Part shown: piece by piece, positions 1 to 7,791 of the stretch | How positions within the stretch are numbered: position 1 is the stretch's first letter | How the letters are laid out: every line of letters begins with the position of its first letter | Origin: an uncultured Acidimicrobiia bacterium | GTDB lineage: Bacteria > Actinomycetota > Acidimicrobiia > Spongiisociales > Spongiisociaceae | Reading direction: 5' to 3' | Length of the DNA: 64,000 nt | Assembly: GCA_958295745.1 (NCBI GenBank) | Contig: OY282370.1 | Location: 1,031,990-1,095,989 of the forward strand | Made by a program: the position numbers and the translations under genes | The notes under the pieces: model-generated | Told to the model about the DNA's origin: nothing | Seen by the model: the letters and a program-made list of their open reading frames with translations, nothing else | Database searches by the model: none

Positions 1-498
1 GTCCAGGATCAGAATCCGGGCGTCCCGGTACAGGGCTTTCAGGATCTCCACCCTTTGCAGCACCCCCACCGGCTGCGTTTCCACCAGCGCCTCCGGGTCC
101 ACCGCCAGCTCGTATCTCTCGGCCAGCTCGGCCACCGACCGGAGGGCGGCCGCCCGGTCCATCAGCACCCCCCGGGTGGGTTCCGCCCGGTACACCACGT
201 TGTCGGCCACGCTCAGGGTCGGAAACAGCCGGAAGGCCTGATGCACCATCCCCATGCCGGCCCGTATGGCGTCCAGGGCCGAGCCGAAGCGGACCCGCTC
301 CCCCCCGACCAGGATCTCTCCCTCGTCGGGCGGGAACAGCCCGTACAGGATGGACATGAGGGTGGTCTTGCCCGCCCCGTTCTCACCCACCACCGCATGG
401 ATGTCGCCGGCTCGAACGGTCAGGTCCACCGCATCGTTGGCGACCACGCCGGGGAACCGCTTGGTTATGCCGCGCAGCTCCAGAGCGGGGGCGGCCAC
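1..498 (-). CDS. ABC transporter ATP-binding protein, N-terminal portion (partial, continues past window start)
   Basis: Minus-strand translation from GTG ~498 reads VAAPALELRGITKRFPGVVANDAVDLTVRAGDIHAVVGENGAGKTTLMSILYGLFPPDEGEILVGG (Walker A GENGAGKT). An in-frame TAG lies immediately upstream. It is directly downstream of the BMP-family binding-protein gene. It is absent from the ORF track because it hits the window edge. Confidence 0.6.
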   Translation of the reverse strand, partial: MAAPALELRGITKRFPGVVANDAVDLTVRAGDIHAVVGENGAGKTTLMSILYGLFPPDEGEILVGGERVRFGSALDAIRAGMGMVHQAFRLFPTLSVADNVVYRAEPTRGVLMDRAAALRSVAELAERYELAVDPEALVETQPVGVLQRVEILKALYRDARILILD

Positions 499-541
499 GG
501 CGGCCCTCGTCTGTTTCGCCTACCGGGCGGCCCCGGCAAAC

Positions 542-1558
542 CTATCCGAACAGGGGATCCGGCACCACTATGGAACCGTCGATGATGCCCTCGGCGGCGG
601 CTTCCACTTCGGCGATGATGTCCGGGTGGTCGGCGATCACGCACTCGCTGGAGGCCAGGTCCGGGTGGAGCGCCATCACCCCGGTGCCGCCCTCCGCCAA
701 GCCGAACGACTCCACCGGCCCGGCTTCGCCGTTGATCACCTTCTCCACCAGCTGGTCGACCAGGGCGTCCACCAGTTTCAGGTTGTTGTCCACGACGCGG
801 CCCGGGGCCGTGGGGCATTCGTTGATGTCCACCCCGTAGGCCAGGAAATCGGCCTCGCCGGCGGCCTCGAACACCCCGCCGTTGGAACCGGCGCCCACCG
901 CGAAGATGTGGTCCGGGCCTTGAGCGGACAGCGACAGCGCCAGCTCCTTGGCGCGGGCCGGGTCGGCGAAGGCGTTCTCGCCGCCTATGAACACCACCGA
1001 GTTCTCCACCGACGCATTGACCGATGCGGCGCCCAGCTCGAAGCTCTGCCACCAGCGCTTGAAGAAGGGGATGTCGAGCGCCACCACCGAGCCGATCTGC
1101 CCGGTCTCGGAGAGGCGGCCCGCCATGATGCCCAGCAGATAGGCGCCCTCATGCTCTCGGAACACGCCGCAGTGCAGGTTGGGGGCCGGATCGTCCGGGC
1201 AGGCGTCGATCAGGATGAACTTCTGATCCGGATTGGCCTTGGAGAATTCGTCTGCCATCTCCAGCAGGGTGAAGGTGGTGAGCACGATTACGTCCGGGGC
1301 TTCATCGATGGCGGCCTCGATGTTGGAGCGCTGCGAGGCAGTGTCGAGGTTGGACTCGAAGGTCTTCGAGGTGCCGCCCAACCGCTCGGCCGCCCGCTCG
1401 GTGCCGACCTCGCCCAGCGCCAGGAACGGGTTGATCCCGATCGGGCCGGGGGTCACGTAGATCAGGTCGATGCCCTCGTCTTCCTCGCCGTCCGCGCAGG
1501 CCGAGGCGATCATGGCCATCGCCAGCACCGCGGCGCCTATCTTCCAGAACCTTTTCAT
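542..1558 (-). CDS. BMP-family (PnrA/Med-like, nucleoside-type) ABC transporter substrate-binding lipoprotein
   Basis: 338-aa ORF. N-terminal signal with lipobox-like AMAMIASAC. Overall BMP-family periplasmic binding protein architecture (IYVTPGPIGINPF..., DVIVLTTF..., CPDDPAPNLHCGVF...). Followed by an ABC ATPase. Confidence 0.75.
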   Translation of the reverse strand: MKRFWKIGAAVLAMAMIASACADGEEDEGIDLIYVTPGPIGINPFLALGEVGTERAAERLGGTSKTFESNLDTASQRSNIEAAIDEAPDVIVLTTFTLLEMADEFSKANPDQKFILIDACPDDPAPNLHCGVFREHEGAYLLGIMAGRLSETGQIGSVVALDIPFFKRWWQSFELGAASVNASVENSVVFIGGENAFADPARAKELALSLSAQGPDHIFAVGAGSNGGVFEAAGEADFLAYGVDINECPTAPGRVVDNNLKLVDALVDQLVEKVINGEAGPVESFGLAEGGTGVMALHPDLASSECVIADHPDIIAEVEAAAEGIIDGSIVVPDPLFG

Positions 1559-1703
1559 CAGCTTGCCTCCTCGTCATCTGCCGGACCGCCGGGAACCTCC
1601 GGGACCCGCCTCCGGCCGCATCCTCCAATCTACCACCCCCGACCCCCGCGGTTGGTCAAAACCGAGGACGGTTTTCGCACCCGCCTGCGGCGGCCCCGGC
1701 GGG

Positions 1704-2771
1704 TCAGGAGGGCGTGCGGAGCGGGCCGAGGGGGGTGTCCGGGAGGGTTTCTCCCCGGTCCAGGCGGATGATCCGGCGGTCGGTGACGATGGCGGTGATC
1801 AGCTCGGCGGGGGTTACATCGAAGGCCGGATTGGCGGCGGCGGTGTTTTCGGGGGCGGTGGGCACCCCCCGCACCGAGCCTATCTCCGCCGCGCCCCGGT
1901 CCTCGATGGGAATATCGGCGCCCGCCGCGGTGTCCATGTCGATGGTCGATTCGGGGGCCACCACCACGAACGGCACCCCCGCATATCGCGCCCCCAAGGC
2001 CAGCGAAAAAGTGCCGATCTTGTTGGCGGTGTCGCCGTTGGCGACGATCCGGTCCGCCCCCGTCAGCACCACATCCGCCTGGCCGCGGGCCAGGGTGAAA
2101 GGCCCGGCCGAATCCACCAGCAGGCGGTGGGGCGCCCCCATACGGGCCAGCTCCCAGGTGGTCAGGCGGGCGCCCTGCAGCAGCGGCCGGGTTTCCAGAG
2201 CCAGCGCCTCCGCCAGCAGACCCCGTTCGAATACGCTCTGGATGACCGCCAGGGCCGTGCCCCGCTCCACCGTTGCCAGCCCGCCGGTGTTGCAGATGGT
2301 CATGGCCCGCACCTGCGGCCGTTCCACCAGCTCCACCACCAGATCCGCCCCGTATTCCCCCATCGAGACCGAAGCGGCCACCTCCTCGCCCCGGACGGCC
2401 ATGGCCTCGGCCAGCACCGCATCGAAGCCTTCCCCGGCCCTGGCCGCCGCCCGGTCCACCATCCGGGCCAGGTTGACCGCGGTGGGGCGGGCCGCCCGCA
2501 GCGACTCCACCGCCTCCGCCAGCTCCAGCCCGTCCGCACCGTGCTCCCGAACCGCCAGAGCCACCCCGAAGGCCCCGGCCACTCCTATGGCGGGCGCCCC
2601 CCGCACCGAAAGCCGCCGGATGGCCGCCACCATCTCCGGCACGCCGTCGATCCGCAGCAGGCGGTAGCGGTCGGGGAGCAGAGTCTGGTCGACCATCACC
2701 ACCGCGCCGTCGATCCAGTCCAGGGACCGCCCGCCCAGCAGCTCCGCCGCCGGCCGTCCGGATACGGTCAT
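1704..2771 (-). CDS. mtnA: S-methyl-5-thioribose-1-phosphate isomerase (eIF-2B alpha/beta/delta-like family)
   Basis: ORF 1704..2846. Likely start is the internal Met (MTVSGRPAAELLGGRSLDWIDGAVVMVDQTLLP) at 2771. The conserved MtnA signature TICNTGGLAT is present, as is the C-terminal TAIVTD segment. Confidence 0.75.
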   Translation of the reverse strand: MTVSGRPAAELLGGRSLDWIDGAVVMVDQTLLPDRYRLLRIDGVPEMVAAIRRLSVRGAPAIGVAGAFGVALAVREHGADGLELAEAVESLRAARPTAVNLARMVDRAAARAGEGFDAVLAEAMAVRGEEVAASVSMGEYGADLVVELVERPQVRAMTICNTGGLATVERGTALAVIQSVFERGLLAEALALETRPLLQGARLTTWELARMGAPHRLLVDSAGPFTLARGQADVVLTGADRIVANGDTANKIGTFSLALGARYAGVPFVVVAPESTIDMDTAAGADIPIEDRGAAEIGSVRGVPTAPENTAAANPAFDVTPAELITAIVTDRRIIRLDRGETLPDTPLGPLRTPS

Positions 2772-3120
2772 CTCCACCCGTCCATTCAAACCCGGTCGTT
2801 CATAGCCGGGGCGCTGGGGCGGGGGGCAGGCGCCGCGCAACCTCATGAACCGGGATTATCGGTCGTGACGACATGTCTGTTCCTCGGTCGGAAGCCCCGC
2901 CCGCGGGGTGAAGGAACAGCATACAACCCCGGTGGGACACACAGAGATGCGGGCGGGCCGTCCTTCGGGTGCGGCAATGGTATTTCGCACCCCGCAACCG
3001 GCGCCCCGCCCACCCCCGACCGGCGCCGCTCCATCCCGGCCGCCCCGATTCCATCCCGCCGCGAGCGCGTCCGGGCGGGCCGTTATGATTCTCCGACCCC
3101 TACCGAAGATCGGAGCCCCG

Positions 3121-3612
3121 ATGGAAACCGATGGAACGGTATATCACCCGAGGCCGGAGCGGATGACCGCCGACCAGGTGATCGATCTGCTGGGGCTGGA
3201 ACCGCTGCCCGTCGAAGGGGGGATGTGGGCGCAGACCTGGCGGGACGGCCACGGCTCGGCCATCTATTTCCTGCTGCGTCCGGAGGATTTCTCGGCCATG
3301 CATCGCCTGGACGGGCCCGAGCTGTGGCACCACTATGCGGGGGCGGCGGTGGAAATGCTCCTGCTGTTCCCCGACGGGTCGGTGACCCGCCCGGTGTTGG
3401 GCGGCGACCTGGCGGCGGGGCAGCGGCCGATGGCGGCGGTCCCGGCCGGGGTGTGGATGGGGGCCGCCACCGCAGGCGAATGGTCGCTGGTGGGCGCCAC
3501 CATGGCCCCGCCCTACCATGAGGACGGCTTCGAGCCGGGAGTGTTGTCGGACCTGGCGGGCCGCTACCCGGCGGCGGCCGCCGATATCGCCGCCCTGGTG
3601 AGAGAGGAGTGA
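3121..3612 (+). CDS. DUF985 (cupin_5) family cupin-fold protein
   Basis: ORF 2908..3612. The N-terminal 71 aa are Pro/Arg-rich junk. The likely start is METDGTVYHPRPERMTADQVIDLLGLEPLPVEGG at 3121. The ELWHHYAGAAVEMLLLFPDG segment is cupin-like. It is translationally coupled (ATGA overlap at 3609-3612) to the next SDR. Confidence 0.5.
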   Translation: METDGTVYHPRPERMTADQVIDLLGLEPLPVEGGMWAQTWRDGHGSAIYFLLRPEDFSAMHRLDGPELWHHYAGAAVEMLLLFPDGSVTRPVLGGDLAAGQRPMAAVPAGVWMGAATAGEWSLVGATMAPPYHEDGFEPGVLSDLAGRYPAAAADIAALVREE

Positions 3613-4382
3613 AGATGGCTGCAGCCCCCGCCCCGGCGGAGATGCTCGATCTGGCGGGCCGGGCGGTGGCGGTGACCGGAGCGGGGGGCGGCATCGGACA
3701 CGGGATCGCTTCCCGGATGCTGGCCGCCGGCGCTTCGGTGGCGGCCCACACCCGCTCCTCTTCCCTGGACAGGCTGCCGGAGGACGGGCGGGTCGTCCGC
3801 GTAACCGCCGATCTGACCGACCCGGACGCACCGGCCCGGGTTGCGTCCGCCGCCCTGGACGCCTTCGGACGGCTCGACGGGCTGGTCAACAACGCCGCCC
3901 TCCAACCGATCAAGCACTTCGCCGAGCTCACCGACCGCGAATGGTCCGAGATGATCGACACCAACCTGACCGCGGTGCACCGCCTCACCCAGGCCTGCGC
4001 GGCGGCCATGAAGGCGGCGGGCAACGGCGGGTCGATCGTCCACATCGCTTCTATCGAAGGGCATCACGCCCCGGTGATGCACGGCCATTACGGGGTGTCC
4101 AAAGCAGGGCTGATAATGCACGCCCGCTCGGCCGCCCTCGCCTACGGGCCGGACGGGATCAGGGTGAACACCGTCTCTCCCGGCCTCATCCACCGCCCCG
4201 GTCTGGAGGACGACTGGCCGGACGGGGTGTCCCGCTGGGGGCGGGCCTGCCCCCTGGGGAGGATGGGCAGCCCGGAGGATGTAGGGGACGCCTGCGTTTT
4301 TCTCTGCTCTGACCTGGCCCGTTGGATCACCGGAGCGGAGCTGGTGGTGGACGGCGGGGTGTCGGTCAGGCCGACCTGGTAA
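3609..4382 (+). CDS. SDR-family short-chain dehydrogenase/reductase
   Basis: 257 aa. Rossmann motif VAVTGAGGGIGHGIA, NNAA, catalytic YGVSKAG. C-terminal DGGVSV. Confidence 0.8.
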   Translation: MKMAAAPAPAEMLDLAGRAVAVTGAGGGIGHGIASRMLAAGASVAAHTRSSSLDRLPEDGRVVRVTADLTDPDAPARVASAALDAFGRLDGLVNNAALQPIKHFAELTDREWSEMIDTNLTAVHRLTQACAAAMKAAGNGGSIVHIASIEGHHAPVMHGHYGVSKAGLIMHARSAALAYGPDGIRVNTVSPGLIHRPGLEDDWPDGVSRWGRACPLGRMGSPEDVGDACVFLCSDLARWITGAELVVDGGVSVRPTW

Positions 4383-4387
4383 CAGCG

Positions 4388-5161
4388 ATGAAGTTGGCCG
4401 AACGCGTCTATCTGGTCACCGGCGGGGCGGGCGGCATCGGCGCCGGCGTGATTCGGGCCGTCCTCGACGAGGGCGGCCGGGCGGCGGCGGTGGATCTGGA
4501 TCCGGCGGATGCGGAGGCTGCAGCCCGGCGGCTCGACCCGTCCGGAGAGTCGGTGCTGGGGTTGGGGTGCGATGTCACCGACGCCGCCGGGGTGGAGCGG
4601 GCGGTTGCGGACACCCTGGCCCGTTTCGGGCGGCTGGACGGAGCGGTGAACGCGGCCGGGGCGGTGTTCCTGGACGAAGCGTGGGACGCCTCCGCCGAGG
4701 ACTGGAACCGCACCTTCGACATCAACGTGACCGGTTCGTTCCTGGCGGCCCGGGCGGTGGGCCGTCATCTGAAGCAGGCGGGCGGCGGGGCCGTCGTCAA
4801 TGTTTCTTCCAACTGCGGCAAGGCCGGGTACCCGAACATGGCTTCCTACAACGCGTCCAAGTCGGCGGTGATCGGGATGACCAGATCCCTGGCGATGGAG
4901 TGGGCCGCGGACGATATCAACGTGAATGCGGTGTGCCCGGGCGGGGTGGACACCTCCATGCTGGCGGGGGTGGCGGAGTGGCTGTCCCCCCGGGTGGGGG
5001 TCCCCGCCGAGGAGCTGCTGGCCGGGATGGGGCCCGCCCAGCTGCGCCGCAAGGTGACTCCGCTGGAAGTGGGGCGGGTGGTTGCGTTCCTGCTCTCGGA
5101 CGACGCCAAGATCATCCGCGGGCAGTCGATCAGCGTGGACGGCGGCGACACCCCCTACTGA
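4388..5161 (+). CDS. SDR-family short-chain dehydrogenase/reductase
   Basis: ORF 4322..5161. Probable start is ATG 4388 (MKLAERVYLVTGGAGGIGAGV). Catalytic YNASKSAV. C-terminal SVDGG. Confidence 0.8.
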   Translation: MKLAERVYLVTGGAGGIGAGVIRAVLDEGGRAAAVDLDPADAEAAARRLDPSGESVLGLGCDVTDAAGVERAVADTLARFGRLDGAVNAAGAVFLDEAWDASAEDWNRTFDINVTGSFLAARAVGRHLKQAGGGAVVNVSSNCGKAGYPNMASYNASKSAVIGMTRSLAMEWAADDINVNAVCPGGVDTSMLAGVAEWLSPRVGVPAEELLAGMGPAQLRRKVTPLEVGRVVAFLLSDDAKIIRGQSISVDGGDTPY

Positions 5162-5183
5162 GGGGGCGGGCGAGGAGACGGCG

Positions 5184-7154
5184 GTGGTGGAAGACCGGTG
5201 GCGGGATGAGGAGGCGTCCGGGTTCGAGGGGCGGCTGGGGGAATGCGTGTACGGGTCGCGGCTGCTGGGGGCTGACCCCGGACTGGTGCTCCACGGCGGC
5301 GGCAACACCTCGGTCAAAACGGATTTCATCGACATCACCGGCCGGCGGATCGAGGCTCTGTACGTGAAAGGGTCCGGATGGGATCTGGCCTCCATAGAAG
5401 CGGAGGGGTTCGCGCCGCTGCCGCTGGAAAGGCTGCGGGAGCTGCTGGCCCTGGATTCGCTGTCGGATGTGGAGATGATGAGGGAGCTGGGGGCGGCCCG
5501 CCTGGACCCCGGAGCCCCGATGCCGTCGGTGGAGGCGCTGCTGCACGCCCTGCTGCCCCATCCGGCGGTCCAGCACAGCCATGCGGACCACATCGTCACC
5601 CTTACCAACACCCCGGACGGGGAACGGCTGGTGAGGGAGGCGCTGGGGGCGGGGGTGGTGATCGTCCCCTATGTGATGCCGGGGTTCGACCTGGCCAAGG
5701 CGGTGGCGGAGATGTGGCCGCAGGCCTCCCCGGACGCCGCCGGGATGGTGCTCATGAACCACGGCCTGTTCACTTTCGGACCCGACACCCGCACCGCCTA
5801 CCGCCGCCATATCGAGCTGATCACGCGGGCCGAAAGGTGGCTGGCGGAGGAGGCGCCTATGTCGTCCGGGGGCGGCCCTCCTCTGCCGAAGGTGGACCGG
5901 ACCGTTCTGGCCGATGTGCGGAGGCGGATCTCGCAGGCCGCAGGCCGGGCGATGGTGGTGAGGCGCCATACCGGCGGGGAGGTCTCCCGGTTCGCGGCCC
6001 GACCCGATCTGGAGCATCTGGCCCGGCGGGGCCCTCTCACCCCCGACCACGTGATCAGGACCAAGCCGCTGCCGATGGTGGGGCGGGATGTGGAAGGGTA
6101 TGCGGACAGCTACCGGGAATATTTCGCGGAGTGGCGGGGCAGGGCCCGCACCGAGCCGGTCATGCTGGACCCCGCCCCCAGGGTGGTGCTGGACCCGGAG
6201 ATGGGGATGCTTACCGCAGGCGAGACCGCTCAGGCAGCAGCCGCAGCGGCCGATATCTATCACCACACGATCCCGGTTCTCGAACGGGCGGAGGATCATC
6301 TGGGGGGGTATCGGGCGCTGCCGCCCGGTGATTTGTTCGAGGTGGAGTACTGGGATCTGGAGCAGGCCAAGTTGCGGAGGGCGGGCAATCCGCCCCGGCT
6401 GGCGGGAACGGTTGCGGTGGTGACCGGGGCCGCTTCCGGCATCGGCCGGGCGTGTGCGGCCGAGCTGCTGGAACGGGGGTGTGCGGTGGCCGGTTTCGAC
6501 CTGGACCCGTCGGTCGAGCAGGCGTTCGCGGGGCCGTCCTGGCTGGGGGCGGCAGTGGACGTCACCGACCACCTAGCCCAGGACGAGGCCCTGAACCGGG
6601 TGGTGGAACGGTTCGGCGGGGTGGACATCGCGGTGGCGGCGGCGGGTGTGTTCGGCGATTCGGCGCCGATCGGCGGCCTCGATATGGAGCAGTGGCGGCG
6701 GGTGATGGAAGTGAACCTGGACGCGGCGGCCGCCTTGTTGGCCGGGGTCCATCCACTGCTGATGCGTTCGCCGGTGGGGGGCCGGGTAGTGGTGATCGGC
6801 TCTAGAAACGCGCCCGCCCCCGGCAAGGGCGCCGCCGCCTATTCGGCTTCCAAGGCCGCCCTCACCCAGCTGGCCCGGGTGGCCGCCTTGGAGTGGGCCA
6901 CCGACGGCATCCGGGTCAACATCGTCCACCCAGATGCGGTGTTCGACACCGGCCTCTGGACAGAGGAGCTGCTGGCCGCCCGGGCCGCCGAATACGGAAT
7001 GACCGTGGACGCCTACAAGACCCGCAACCTGCTGGGCAAGGAAGTCACCTCGGACATGGTGGCCGGAGCAGTGGTCGAACTGTGCTCTGACACCTTCTCC
7101 GCCACCACCGCCGCCCAAATCCCCGTAGACGGCGGCCATCCCGGCGCGGTGTGA
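5184..7154 (+). CDS. bifunctional class II aldolase/adducin-domain protein fused to SDR dehydrogenase (rhamnulose-1-P aldolase/alcohol dehydrogenase-like)
   Basis: ORF 5082..7154. GTG 5184 is preceded by GGAGGAG. The N-terminal half has DRWRDEEA...GSRLLGADPGLVLHGGGNTSVK (class II aldolase). The C-terminal half has VAVVTGAASGIGRA...YSASKAAL...VDGG (SDR). Confidence 0.75.
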   Translation: MVEDRWRDEEASGFEGRLGECVYGSRLLGADPGLVLHGGGNTSVKTDFIDITGRRIEALYVKGSGWDLASIEAEGFAPLPLERLRELLALDSLSDVEMMRELGAARLDPGAPMPSVEALLHALLPHPAVQHSHADHIVTLTNTPDGERLVREALGAGVVIVPYVMPGFDLAKAVAEMWPQASPDAAGMVLMNHGLFTFGPDTRTAYRRHIELITRAERWLAEEAPMSSGGGPPLPKVDRTVLADVRRRISQAAGRAMVVRRHTGGEVSRFAARPDLEHLARRGPLTPDHVIRTKPLPMVGRDVEGYADSYREYFAEWRGRARTEPVMLDPAPRVVLDPEMGMLTAGETAQAAAAAADIYHHTIPVLERAEDHLGGYRALPPGDLFEVEYWDLEQAKLRRAGNPPRLAGTVAVVTGAASGIGRACAAELLERGCAVAGFDLDPSVEQAFAGPSWLGAAVDVTDHLAQDEALNRVVERFGGVDIAVAAAGVFGDSAPIGGLDMEQWRRVMEVNLDAAAALLAGVHPLLMRSPVGGRVVVIGSRNAPAPGKGAAAYSASKAALTQLARVAALEWATDGIRVNIVHPDAVFDTGLWTEELLAARAAEYGMTVDAYKTRNLLGKEVTSDMVAGAVVELCSDTFSATTAAQIPVDGGHPGAV

Positions 7155-7265
7155 CCATCCCAAGAAATCGGTGCTTCCCCTCCTGCGATTGCTCTATCCC
7201 CGAAGGCGGCCTTGATAGCAACCTGGAGTTGCTCCGAGTTTGTAGACGGTTCTCGGCTTTGGGTT

Positions 7266-7456
7266 TTATAGGGGGATGTTCCTGATGGGTTCGAGGATGC
7301 AGCGGTGGTTGAACCAGTCGACCCATTCCAGGGTGGCGTACTCGATCTGGTCTCGGTTGCGCCATGGGCCCCCAGTGGTGGATGAGTTCGGTTTTGTAGA
7401 AGCCGAAGGTCCGACTCGGCGAGGGCGTTGTCGAAGAAGGTGTCGAATATCAACAA
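7266..7456 (-). pseudogene. IS3-family transposase remnant (C-terminal ~60 aa, frameshifted, 5' truncated)
   Basis: Three minus-strand frames together read FDTFFDNALAES / FYKTELIHHWGP / WRNRDQIEYATLEWVDWFNHRCILEPIRNIP. This is the conserved C-terminus of IS3-family OrfB transposases. No intact upstream transposase sequence. It lies in a lower-GC patch. Confidence 0.55.
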
Positions 7457-7556
7457 TTATCCCGGCGTAACACAGGGGTTCTCACGCTCCAACGCATTCA
7501 GCCGATCACGCTGTCCAGTGGTCAACCCACCCCCGCAGGCACTGATCACGCCCCGC

Positions 7557-7778
7557 CTAGCGCACCCAACGCCGCAGCGCCTCCAGGGGATCATCCGGGG
7601 TCAAATACTCTTCCGTAGCCGCCCTGGTAGTTAGGCGATTACTATTACGGGGATGTGTCCCCTCGGTTACATCCTGGTAGATGCTCTTGGTCTGATCTGA
7701 GGCGGAGATGGTGTTCGGCAAAGCCAACACCGTGACGGCAACGCATCCAGCGGCCAGTATTCTACGGAACCGTACCAT
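7557..7778 (-). CDS. hypothetical small secreted protein (73 aa)
   Basis: ORF with plausible signal peptide MVRFRRILAAGCVAVTVLALPNTISA in the low-GC patch next to the IS remnant. No recognisable family. Confidence 0.25.
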   Translation of the reverse strand: MVRFRRILAAGCVAVTVLALPNTISASDQTKSIYQDVTEGTHPRNSNRLTTRAATEEYLTPDDPLEALRRWVR

Positions 7779-7791
7779 CGACTAAGAACAC

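Noticed and set aside
55-1771. Large + strand ORFs 55..585, 254..1771, 570..839 and minus ORF 465..1052 overlapping the BMP binding-protein gene
   Set aside because: High-GC shadow frames with Arg/Pro/Gly-rich translations. The minus-strand BMP-family and ABC ATPase frames have clear family signatures.
5130-6572. 480-aa minus-strand ORF and 317-aa + strand alternative frame inside the aldolase-SDR gene
   Set aside because: No motifs. Composition is typical of off-frame high-GC DNA. The + strand frame 5184..7154 carries both aldolase and SDR signatures.
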